Assembly: GCA_965204375.1 (NCBI GenBank)
Contig: OZ241986.1
Coordinates: forward strand, 3,392,001 to 3,456,000
Direction: 5' to 3'
Origin: Candidatus Latescibacterota bacterium
GTDB taxonomy: Bacteria > Latescibacterota > UBA2968
DNA: 64,000 bases
Shown one piece after another: positions 19,224 through 27,660 of the stretch (its first letter is position 1; the number at the start of each line of letters is the position of its first letter). The notes under the pieces were generated by a model, which was given only the letters and a program-made list of their open reading frames with translations, was not told the origin of the DNA and ran no database searches. Made by a program: the position numbers and the translations under genes.

Positions 19224-21593
19224 ATGGAAGAACTTCATAACGAAGCCGATACGCGAGCCAAGCTGATTGATCCTGCGCTGCATCAAAGAGGTTGGAGTGA
19301 GGACAAAATTAAGCGGGAAGAGACACCAGGTGCAGTTGACGTCGTAGATGGCAAACCGCGCAAACGCTCTCAGGGACGGATCGATTACACCCTTCGTGTC
19401 CGCGTGAACTCGGACACGCAACCAGTAGCTCTGGCATTGATTGAGGCAAAATCTGAGCAATTCTCTCCGGGACATGGCCTTCAACAAGGGAAAGAATATG
19501 CAGCAGCGACCAAAAGACTCAATGTCCAGTTTGTTTTTTCCACCAATGGACATCAGGTTGTTGAATATGACCGCATAACAGGAGAAACCACAGAGCCTTA
19601 TCCACTCTCTAAATTTCCCACACCCGACGACCTGCGCCAACGCTATGAAAATGCTCAAGGCTTCTCTCTGGACGATGACGAGGCCAAACCCCTGCTCGTA
19701 CCCTATCCCGGCGGTGAAGCCACGCGCCGCTATTATCAAGACGCAGCCATTCGCGCCACGTTTGAAAAACTCGCCCAATGTGAAAAAAGCGGCGAAGCCA
19801 AACGCGTCTTGCTATCTCTCGCAACGGGCGCAGGCAAAACATTTATTGCCGTACACCTGCTCAAACGCATCGCCGATGCTGGGCAACTTCGCAAAGCATT
19901 ATTCGTCTGTGACCGGGACGAACTGCGTACTCAGGCACTCGGCGCATTTCAAAATGTATTCGGCGCAGATGCCGCCGCCGTATCCAGCGGCAATCCGCAG
20001 AAAAACGCCCGCATACTCATCGCCACATATCAAACCCTCGATGTAGATACCGAAACAGCAGAAGCAAACTTCCTCACGGCCAACTACCCCGAAAATTACT
20101 TTTCTCACATCATCATCGACGAATGCCACCGATCTGCCTGGGGCAAATGGTCCATGGTCCTGACGCGCAATCCAGAAGCCACCCAAATCGGTCTGACCGC
20201 CACGCCCAGACAACTTAAAACCCGTGAAAATACCCTTGAAATCCAGGCCGACGAACAAATTTCAGCCGACAATATCCGGCACTTTGGCGAGCCAGTTTAC
20301 GAATACGACATCAGCCAGGGCAATGAAGACGGCTACCTCGCAGCCTGTGAAATCCAGCGCGGACTGGTAGATATCGACTATACCGAACTCACCGCCGATG
20401 AAATCTATGCGCTGGGTCCCAAAGACGCCACAACGGGTCAACCGCTCGGAAGAGATGAACTCCCGGAATCCTTCTCCAAAACCGAGTACGAATACCGAAT
20501 ACTATTGCCAGACCGCGTCCGAGAAATGACTCAAGACTTGTTCAATCACCTCGTCGCAACCGGTGGTCCAGAGCAAAAAACCATTATCTTTTGCGTTCGA
20601 GACACCCATGCCGATGAAGTAGCCAACGCAATGAACAATTTGTATGCCCAATGGTGCAACGAAAACAATCGCGACCGCGTGGATCCCTACGCCTTCAAAT
20701 GCACTGCAGCCAGTGGCGGTAGCGATTATGTCGCCGATCTGCGCGGTGCTTCCCGCCATCATTTCATCGCAACAACTGTAGATTTGCTCTCAACCGGCGT
20801 GGATGTGCCTTCCGTCAAAAATATCGTCTTTTTCAAGTACGTGCGTTCCCCAATCGCATTCTATCAAATGGTTGGCCGAGGCACGCGGCTTGACCCCGTG
20901 ACAAACAAACTGATGTTCCGAATCTACGATTACACAAATGCCACGCGATTATTTGGAGAAGACTTCCAATCTCGAATCAAAAGCAAAAGCACAGGCGATG
21001 GGGACAGAGGCGACACCCCAGCACAACCCACCGTACTCGTCGAAGGCCTGGAAGTCCAGGTCACAGATGCGGGGAAATACATCCTATCCGAAGTAGATGG
21101 CAAATCCATGCCCATTACCGTAGAAGAATACAAACAGCGCCTATCCGCTCGGATCGTAGAAGAAATGCCCAATCTGGACGACTTCCGAACCTGCTGGATC
21201 CATCCCCAGAATCGTAGAGCCTTTATGGAGCGTTTACCAGATCAAGGGCGGTCCGCCCAGGTGGTACAATCTCTGGACGACATGACCGACTACGACCTCT
21301 ACGACATCCTGGCCGAACTCGGCTATGGCCTTGTGCCAAAAACCCGAATAAACCGCGCCGACGCATTCTTCTACAAACACGACCAGTGGCTCAACACACT
21401 GCCCACCCCAACCGCTGACACATTAAAAGCACTCACCATGCAATTTGCACGCACAGGCACAGACGGACTGGAAAACCCCCGTGTCTTCGCCACGCCAGAA
21501 GTCACCCAGGCCGGCGGCATCAATGCCCTGGCCCAGATCGGACAGCCTGCGGACTTGCTGATAAAAATAAAGGAAAGGATATTTGCTTTGTGA
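19224..21593 (+). CDS. hsdR: Type I restriction enzyme R subunit (EcoAI/EcoEI-like)
   Basis: 'NEADTRAKLIDP', nuclease D..IEAK, Walker A ATGAGKT, DECHR, TATP, QMVGRGTR. Confidence 0.95.
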   Translation: MEELHNEADTRAKLIDPALHQRGWSEDKIKREETPGAVDVVDGKPRKRSQGRIDYTLRVRVNSDTQPVALALIEAKSEQFSPGHGLQQGKEYAAATKRLNVQFVFSTNGHQVVEYDRITGETTEPYPLSKFPTPDDLRQRYENAQGFSLDDDEAKPLLVPYPGGEATRRYYQDAAIRATFEKLAQCEKSGEAKRVLLSLATGAGKTFIAVHLLKRIADAGQLRKALFVCDRDELRTQALGAFQNVFGADAAAVSSGNPQKNARILIATYQTLDVDTETAEANFLTANYPENYFSHIIIDECHRSAWGKWSMVLTRNPEATQIGLTATPRQLKTRENTLEIQADEQISADNIRHFGEPVYEYDISQGNEDGYLAACEIQRGLVDIDYTELTADEIYALGPKDATTGQPLGRDELPESFSKTEYEYRILLPDRVREMTQDLFNHLVATGGPEQKTIIFCVRDTHADEVANAMNNLYAQWCNENNRDRVDPYAFKCTAASGGSDYVADLRGASRHHFIATTVDLLSTGVDVPSVKNIVFFKYVRSPIAFYQMVGRGTRLDPVTNKLMFRIYDYTNATRLFGEDFQSRIKSKSTGDGDRGDTPAQPTVLVEGLEVQVTDAGKYILSEVDGKSMPITVEEYKQRLSARIVEEMPNLDDFRTCWIHPQNRRAFMERLPDQGRSAQVVQSLDDMTDYDLYDILAELGYGLVPKTRINRADAFFYKHDQWLNTLPTPTADTLKALTMQFARTGTDGLENPRVFATPEVTQAGGINALAQIGQPADLLIKIKERIFAL

Positions 21594-21646
21594 GGAGGGA
21601 AAATGCGGTTAATTAAAACCTTAAAGGCTTCTGTGCTACTTCTTAC

Positions 21647-21820
21647 TCAAGTAAGTGCCTTGAGAATATGTTTTGCTGTTGATTCTTTAATTTCTCTGTG
21701 ACGAGGGACAGGCATACGCTTATTTGTATTGGTGTTTTCATAAATATCATGCCTTCTCCCATGACGGACGAACAAGCAACCCGCGTCCGTTAATTTTCGT
21801 ATTAAGTCCCGTCTTTTCAT
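21647..21820 (-). CDS. hicA: HicA family toxin (57 aa; below the ORF-track cutoff)
   Basis: Translated by hand: MKRRDLIRKLTDAGCLFVRHGRRHDIYENTNTNKRMPVPRHREIKESTAKHILKALT. Confidence 0.9.
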   Translation of the reverse strand: MKRRDLIRKLTDAGCLFVRHGRRHDIYENTNTNKRMPVPRHREIKESTAKHILKALT

Positions 21821-21823
21821 ATT

Positions 21824-22162
21824 CTACATTTCGATCAACAGCTCATCAGTTTTGTGATTTTCAGGAACATCGTCAAGCGAAAGTTCATTATGAACACTGC
21901 CACTGGGGAACGCTTCAGGATCATTAACCTGGTTGTAAATATCAGTCAAGTTTTCTTTTAACTCTTCCAATGTTGCTCCCTGTGTCCAATAATCTGAATA
22001 GTCTGCAAGGAACCCAATAAACCAAGAATCATCAACCCAATAGACATATCGGAAGGATATTACGTTTTTGGAGGCTTGTCCAGATTTCAAGCCTAAAAAG
22101 AATCGTTTAATAAAACTTTGCTTACCTACTGGTGCTGAAGATTTATGATCTGTAATAGGCAT
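21824..22162 (-). CDS. hicB: HicB-like antitoxin with N-terminal extension
   Basis: 'YVYW..DSWFIGFLADYSDYWTQGATLEELKENL' partial RNase H-like HicB fold; directly upstream of hicA. Confidence 0.8.
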   Translation of the reverse strand: MPITDHKSSAPVGKQSFIKRFFLGLKSGQASKNVISFRYVYWVDDSWFIGFLADYSDYWTQGATLEELKENLTDIYNQVNDPEAFPSGSVHNELSLDDVPENHKTDELLIEM

Positions 22163-22799
22163 GGTTTCTCCTCAAGTAGGGGATGACAATTCCATTTTCT
22201 CCTGCCGTGATAAGACCTTCAAATTTTGCCTGGAATTCAAGATCTTTCTTTATTTCTGCCAAATCCTCACCTTCCCAACCAACAGCCTGAAGAAGAACCT
22301 TCCAATCGGTGTCTCCGTGTGGCGTTTCTGAATGGTGTGATTCGGGCAAAGTGAGAAAATAAGCATCCAATTGTTTATCGGTCTTATATCCAAATTGATC
22401 AAAGATATTCTCGACCAACTCAATCTCAGCACGAGATAGGTCTGCTGTTCCTGGATTTAGTTCAGTTGGTATGGTATAATGTCCCTCATTGGACCTGCAA
22501 AAATAATGATACCAGTAGCTAAGTCCGGGCCTAAACATACTAAGGGCATTTCTTTTCTTCTTCGGAGGGTCGATAAGATCATACGTATGGGCAGGCATGA
22601 GGCCCTCATAAGGGAAATTTTTTGGCGTATCATAGGTTACCGGGAACCCCCATAGCTCCAGTGCTTTTCTGTCAACAAGATAGATCAACTTAAGCAGTTT
22701 GCGTGTACTGAAACTTTTATCACCATTGCACCGTATGAATAAGCGTGTAACTTGAGCAGCTTTCCGTTCTTTAAATTTTGGCATCTTTATGGATGACAT
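22143..22799 (-). CDS. Panacea (SocA/DUF4065) domain protein
   Basis: 'FKERKAAQ', 'KLLKLIYLVDRKAL...GFPVTYD', 'LSRAEIELVENIFDQFG', 'LPE'. Confidence 0.8.
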   Translation of the reverse strand: MSSIKMPKFKERKAAQVTRLFIRCNGDKSFSTRKLLKLIYLVDRKALELWGFPVTYDTPKNFPYEGLMPAHTYDLIDPPKKKRNALSMFRPGLSYWYHYFCRSNEGHYTIPTELNPGTADLSRAEIELVENIFDQFGYKTDKQLDAYFLTLPESHHSETPHGDTDWKVLLQAVGWEGEDLAEIKKDLEFQAKFEGLITAGENGIVIPYLRRNHAYYRS

Positions 22800-22948
22800 A
22801 TAGACCTCCTCTCGCTTGTCTAAAAAATATAAAGCTGTTTTTTAAAATCACAAAACAAAAATAGGAAGTCAATGGCCTGTTGAAAAACGTCCCCGGGAAG
22901 CACTTCCGAAAAGTGCTTTGAAAATTGGGGCTTTGATACTTCTTTTGG

Positions 22949-22976
22949 TTGACATAAATCCGAAATTGTCTATCGT
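22949..22976 (+). promoter_or_regulatory. Putative promoter of the DUF2442 gene, preceded by inverted repeat AAGCACTT-n5-AAGTGCTT (22898-22918)
   Basis: TTGACA-16 nt-TATCGT; the palindrome lies in the divergent intergenic region. Confidence 0.4.
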
Positions 22977-22987
22977 AAGAAAAGGGT

Positions 22988-23311
22988 ATGAGCACTTTGG
23001 CATCTAAATCACCGACCTCTGTCGTCAATGTTGAAACAGATGAGACACATTTGACCGTCTTTCTGAAGGACGGTCGCCGCATCTCTGTTCCTCTTGAATG
23101 GTATCCCCGGTTGTATTATGGGACAGACAAAGAAAGAAAGGATTGGCGTCTCTTTGGATTTAAAAACCGTGCAATCGCCTGGGATAACCTCGACGAACAT
23201 ATTTCTGTTGAAGGATTGTTAGACGGGCGTCCAAGTAGCGACAGTCCGAAATCAATTCAACGGTGGCTTTCGACAAGGGGTCAAAAGCATGAGAATGAGT
23301 TGACCGTGTGA
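22988..23311 (+). CDS. DUF2442 domain protein (orphan antitoxin-like)
   Basis: 'LKDGRRISVPLEWYPRL', 'WDNLDEHISVEGLL'. Confidence 0.9.
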   Translation: MSTLASKSPTSVVNVETDETHLTVFLKDGRRISVPLEWYPRLYYGTDKERKDWRLFGFKNRAIAWDNLDEHISVEGLLDGRPSSDSPKSIQRWLSTRGQKHENELTV

Positions 23312-23347
23312 CAAGAGGTTGATATTTGTGGTTTGCTTTCTGAGAAT

Positions 23348-23368
23348 AAGTGCCGGAGGCCTCTTAAA
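23348..23368 (+). repeat. Left copy of a 21-bp imperfect direct repeat
   Basis: aagtgccggaggcctcttaaa; 18/21 identical to 26305-26325. Confidence 0.6.
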
Positions 23369-23432
23369 TGTCAGAAATTACAATTACTTATATTTACTCT
23401 GTGGATAGCGCAATTCAACAAAAGGAGTAAAT

Positions 23433-25700
23433 TTGATGGAAACAATCATGCTTTCGATTGATGAATTCAACAATCAAGTTGAATCTAAAAAAGAGCAGGA
23501 CGGAACGGTGAAGCCTCAAGTTTCTGCCGAGGCAATCACAAAACTCGTTCTCGAAAAGAAATACAATGTCAAAGCTGTTATGAATCCCAGTGATCCGCCT
23601 GATTTGATATTTGAGAAGGATGGAAAGCGTATTGGCGTGGAAGTGACCTGTTTGTATGATCAAATAAAAATTGGCAATGACAAGATTTCAGAAAAGGGGT
23701 TAAAAAAAGAAGTTGAAAGAGATATTGTAAATCGAGTTCATGCCCGTCTTAAACAGGATGATTCTGTTGTTTATCCTGACAAAAAGCGATTCAGAATAAA
23801 TCCCGACATTCATGAGATCAAATTTGGCGAAATTGATTGTCACAAGGATTTCAAAGGGATGAAAGATGAAATCGTTTCTTTATTATATGAGAAGGTGAAA
23901 GAATACTTTGCGGTAAAGGGTTATCTGTCTAATCCTTATGGGTGGTCTTTTCGATTAGTAGCCCGAAAAGGACTTGTAATTCCCTTTGAAATTTATGCTT
24001 CTCCAGGTAAAGAATGTAGCAAGGAAGATATTTTTATCGAATATACCGAGTTCGATTCCGGCGGCGGAACGGGACAATTGATAAGTGACGGCACGTTAGA
24101 ATTTAAGGGACCTATTAAGGAAAAAGCCGAAAAAATAAATGTCAAAAAAGCTGAAGCTGAAACGTGGCCCTATGACGAATTATGGCTTTATATCCAGGAT
24201 AGAAAAGATGAAACAAGAGATAGGTCGGCAGGCTTGTTCTCATTTTTTCTTTCTAAGCCCCGTAATAAAAGAAAAGAACGAGAAAATAGTCTTCGCTGGC
24301 AAAAAGGGTTATCTCAAGAAGAATTGAATCATCCGTTTTCAAAGGTCGTCGTATTCAATAATCTTCCGTCTTCCAATGGTAACGATAAGAGAACAGGCAT
24401 TACAGTGAACGAACTCACTGTTTACAACAAAGAAGTTGACATATTTGATCCGAAAGATTTTTGGAGTGAGGAAAAGTTGCTTGAAATATCTTTCGATGAG
24501 TTGAGAGATATTTTCTCTAAAGAAGAATACAGGGGTGTAAAAGTCCAGGATCATCTTGAAATTATTGGTGATAAGCTCCTATATTTTCTGAAAGGCGACA
24601 AGGCGATAGACACTTATTCTCTAAAAAAAATAAATAAAATCGCAAAGTATATGTTGGCGAGATTAGAAAACCTGGATGATGAAAGCTTCTTTACTAACGA
24701 GAACACAACATTTTGTAATCCTTTTGTTGTGCCATTCTTCGAAACGCCAAATGTTCGCAGGGATACTTGTAGTTTTTTAGTCCACAGCGCAAGTCGTTGG
24801 CAAGAGTTAGAAAAAAATACATCGTCGGGAATTTCAAAGACCGAATATCTGTCTCTATTTTCAGAAGCGATCAAGTCGGGGTCGAAAAATAAGAAAACAG
24901 CTTTGTCCTATTTTTTAGAGAATTTTGGTTTTATACATCATTTTGATGAAACGTGGGCAAAAAAAAACCTGGTGGAATACTTTGGCAAGAAGAATGCACT
25001 ACACGAATTTGCGTGGACTTGCTATCTCGGCGGACGTATGGACGGGAAGTATGTGCCTGAATTTTTGCATGAGAAATTTTTAGACGTAGCGAAGAATCTG
25101 AATGAATACGAAGTGCATTTTCAAGCCAGGTTTCTTCGTTCATTTGTTTTCAATCTTTGCCTTAATTCTAATGTTGATGATCCCGAATTTTGGCTCTCTA
25201 ATCTCTTCCAGCACCAGGATAGTGCAAAAATAAGAAAAGAATTTTGTCAAGAGGTTGAGATATTATTGTTACAAATAAGGAAAGAGGACCAAAAAGATAT
25301 ATTGGAAGATTGTTGGAAGGGCTGGATCAAAAAATACTGGCAAGATAGATTGGCTTCAGGAGATATTGATGATGGTGAGGGAAAAGAGATATTCAACTGG
25401 GTTTTTGCTGTCAAGAACGCCAAAGCGATTTCTTTGGCTTTGCAAATGAAGCCTTATGCGCCAAAGGATATCCTGAGATGGAATCAGTTTGATGACAAAT
25501 TCATTGCCAAGTATCCAAAAGACGTGACGGATTTGTTTTTGAAGGTATGTGAGTCGAACTTTATTCACGAAATGCGTCGTGATTTAGCTTACAACTGGAT
25601 TATCAATGAAGCCCAAGAAATCATTGATCGTCTCCTGACCTACAATCAAGAAAGGGAACAAGAGCTTGGCAAGGTTCGAAAAGAACTCTCAAAAGTCTGA
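23433..25700 (+). CDS. Hypothetical defence protein: N-terminal PD-(D/E)xK-like nuclease, C-terminal DUF4020-like helical domain
   Basis: 'SDPPDLIF...IGVEVT' and 'YDELWLYI' are restriction-fold-like; the C-terminal 'DETWAKKNL', 'AWTCYL', 'WKGWIKKYWQDRL' resemble the DUF4020 tail of SIR2/Dsr1-type proteins; very AT-rich. Confidence 0.55.
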   Translation: MMETIMLSIDEFNNQVESKKEQDGTVKPQVSAEAITKLVLEKKYNVKAVMNPSDPPDLIFEKDGKRIGVEVTCLYDQIKIGNDKISEKGLKKEVERDIVNRVHARLKQDDSVVYPDKKRFRINPDIHEIKFGEIDCHKDFKGMKDEIVSLLYEKVKEYFAVKGYLSNPYGWSFRLVARKGLVIPFEIYASPGKECSKEDIFIEYTEFDSGGGTGQLISDGTLEFKGPIKEKAEKINVKKAEAETWPYDELWLYIQDRKDETRDRSAGLFSFFLSKPRNKRKERENSLRWQKGLSQEELNHPFSKVVVFNNLPSSNGNDKRTGITVNELTVYNKEVDIFDPKDFWSEEKLLEISFDELRDIFSKEEYRGVKVQDHLEIIGDKLLYFLKGDKAIDTYSLKKINKIAKYMLARLENLDDESFFTNENTTFCNPFVVPFFETPNVRRDTCSFLVHSASRWQELEKNTSSGISKTEYLSLFSEAIKSGSKNKKTALSYFLENFGFIHHFDETWAKKNLVEYFGKKNALHEFAWTCYLGGRMDGKYVPEFLHEKFLDVAKNLNEYEVHFQARFLRSFVFNLCLNSNVDDPEFWLSNLFQHQDSAKIRKEFCQEVEILLLQIRKEDQKDILEDCWKGWIKKYWQDRLASGDIDDGEGKEIFNWVFAVKNAKAISLALQMKPYAPKDILRWNQFDDKFIAKYPKDVTDLFLKVCESNFIHEMRRDLAYNWIINEAQEIIDRLLTYNQEREQELGKVRKELSKV

Positions 25701-26265
25701 TTCTGAAATAATAGACGACTCAGAGGCTTTGTATTACAGAGCGGGAGCTTCTTTCGAGCTTTTTCTTCACGGAATCAAAGCCGCTGTTCCTCATCGGGAA
25801 AAACAACAACAAAAATATATCGGTTTGTTGGATATTACTCATCATCTGATGGGGACTTGTATCGAGCAACATATAAAATCGCTTCTTACTCTCCAGAGAA
25901 TAGACTATCAATACTCCCATGTGTATCAGGACTTATACAAGGAATTGCCTGATGACGTAAAGGCGAAAGTTGAAACGGCTTATCGTGAAACCATAGAAAA
26001 TTACCCATTGGAGAGAGAGACGATAAGCCGAGAGAACTTTAATGAAAGTTTTTCTATCATTGCTGAGGAGCATGATAGGATGTCTCACTTCGAGGACTTA
26101 TTGGAATTTTTGAGTACGGATATTCGCATAGAAACAAAACGATTCTCGCCTTATGATGATGAAAATTATATCAAGGGGGAGTTTTTTCATATCTTTTTTC
26201 CCTATCTCGATCTAATCGTCAAGACGGAAATAGGGGATTTTAAGCAGTTGGTTTTAGAGCCTTAG
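25666..26265 (+). CDS. HEPN-like domain protein (start uncertain)
   Basis: 'LMGTCIEQHIKSLL...YSHVYQDLYKELP' matches the HEPN E-x-x-L-K...H-x-L pattern; overlaps the upstream gene. Confidence 0.6.
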   Translation: MARFEKNSQKSDSEIIDDSEALYYRAGASFELFLHGIKAAVPHREKQQQKYIGLLDITHHLMGTCIEQHIKSLLTLQRIDYQYSHVYQDLYKELPDDVKAKVETAYRETIENYPLERETISRENFNESFSIIAEEHDRMSHFEDLLEFLSTDIRIETKRFSPYDDENYIKGEFFHIFFPYLDLIVKTEIGDFKQLVLEP

Positions 26266-26304
26266 CACGGCTACAAAAGCGTCCAGCATAGCACACAGAC
26301 AGGC

Positions 26305-26325
26305 AAGTGCCGAGAGCCTCTTAAA
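26305..26325 (+). repeat. Right copy of the 21-bp imperfect direct repeat
   Basis: aagtgccgagagcctcttaaa. Confidence 0.6.
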
Positions 26326-26382
26326 AAAACACAGGCTTTCGGCATTATTGTATATAATCCCCAAGGAAAGGATATTTGCAGC

Positions 26383-27642
26383 GTGAAAAGTTCGTTGACA
26401 GATTTGAAGGAAGTTTTCGAGAGCAAAGAGACAAAGGAATGGCGTTGTCCCCAATTGAAGGAAATTGCAGGGATCAACCCTCGTCGCCCCAGAGACCTTA
26501 AGCGGTCAGATGAAACACTGACGACCTTTGTCCCAATGCCTTCTGTCGATGAAACTTCGGGAACCATTGCAAATCCATTGGAAAAGTCTTTTGGAGAGGT
26601 CAAAAAAGGATACACCTATTTTGAAGAAAATGATGTTCTATTTGCCAAAATTACACCCTGCATGCAGAACGGAAAACACGTTATAGCGAGAAATTTGATT
26701 GACGGGATCGGTTTTGGCACGACCGAATTTCATGTCATCAGACCAGGGGACGAAGTCATACCTGAATGGATACATCTCTATATCCGCCAACCGGCGATTC
26801 TCAATGAAGCAGCCACACACTTCACAGGATCAGTGGGTCAACAAAGGGTCCCGTCATACTTTCTTGAAGACCTTGCGATGCCCCTCCCCCCTCTCTCCGA
26901 ACAAAAACGCATCACCGACATTCTCAATGACCACATGGCCGACATCGCACGCGCCCGTGCTGCTGCTGAGGCACAATTGGAAGCTGCTGAGGCTTTATCG
27001 GCTGCGTATTTGCGAGAAATTTTTGAGAGTAAAGAGGCAAAGCAATGGCCCAAAGTACGTTTGGGAGATCACGCAAGTAAGATTGGAAGTGGTGTCACGC
27101 CTCGAGGTGGGCAATCGGCGTATAAACCTGAAGGGATCCCACTGATTCGTAGCCAAAATATCTATTTGAATAGATTTGTTCCTAATGGGCTTGTTTTCAT
27201 AGACCAAGAACAAGATCAAAAAATGTGCAATAGCCGTGTAGAGAAGGGAGATGTGTTATTAAATATCACGGGAGCCTCCATTGGCAGAGTATGTGTGGTT
27301 CCAGATCAAATTTGTCCTGCCAATGTAAATCAGCATGTAAGTATTATTCGCATTGATATCCTAAATCCTTATTATTTATCGTTTTATATATCAAATCCTG
27401 TTTTTCAAAGCTTTATAATGGACTCTCAATCAGGTGCGACTCGACAAGCTCTGACAAAAAACATGATCGAGAATTTTTTGATTCCTTGCCCTCCGACAAA
27501 AATCCAATTAAAAATAGTTAAGGATATATTACATAGAATCAAAATATCAGAAAAAATCATAACTGATCTGAGAATGCAGATGCAGACTATTGATGCTATT
27601 CCATCGGCTGTATTAAATAAAGCCTTCAACGGCGAACTTTGA
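26383..27642 (+). CDS. hsdS: Type I R-M specificity subunit
   Basis: Two TRDs ('DVLFAKITPCMQNGK', 'GDVLLNITGASIGR'), conserved PLPPLSEQKRI, C-terminal 'AFNGEL'. Confidence 0.95.
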   Translation: MKSSLTDLKEVFESKETKEWRCPQLKEIAGINPRRPRDLKRSDETLTTFVPMPSVDETSGTIANPLEKSFGEVKKGYTYFEENDVLFAKITPCMQNGKHVIARNLIDGIGFGTTEFHVIRPGDEVIPEWIHLYIRQPAILNEAATHFTGSVGQQRVPSYFLEDLAMPLPPLSEQKRITDILNDHMADIARARAAAEAQLEAAEALSAAYLREIFESKEAKQWPKVRLGDHASKIGSGVTPRGGQSAYKPEGIPLIRSQNIYLNRFVPNGLVFIDQEQDQKMCNSRVEKGDVLLNITGASIGRVCVVPDQICPANVNQHVSIIRIDILNPYYLSFYISNPVFQSFIMDSQSGATRQALTKNMIENFLIPCPPTKIQLKIVKDILHRIKISEKIITDLRMQMQTIDAIPSAVLNKAFNGEL

Positions 27643-27660
27643 CATTACAATGAGGTATTC

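Noticed and set aside
19143-19778. 211-aa antisense ORF over hsdR, and similar long antisense ORFs over aceE, ilvD and lpdA
   Set aside because: No recognisable motifs; fully explained as shadows of well-supported genes.
22874-22888. GGCCTGTTGAAAAAC resembling an IS end
   Set aside because: No matching opposite end or transposase seen; too short to support.
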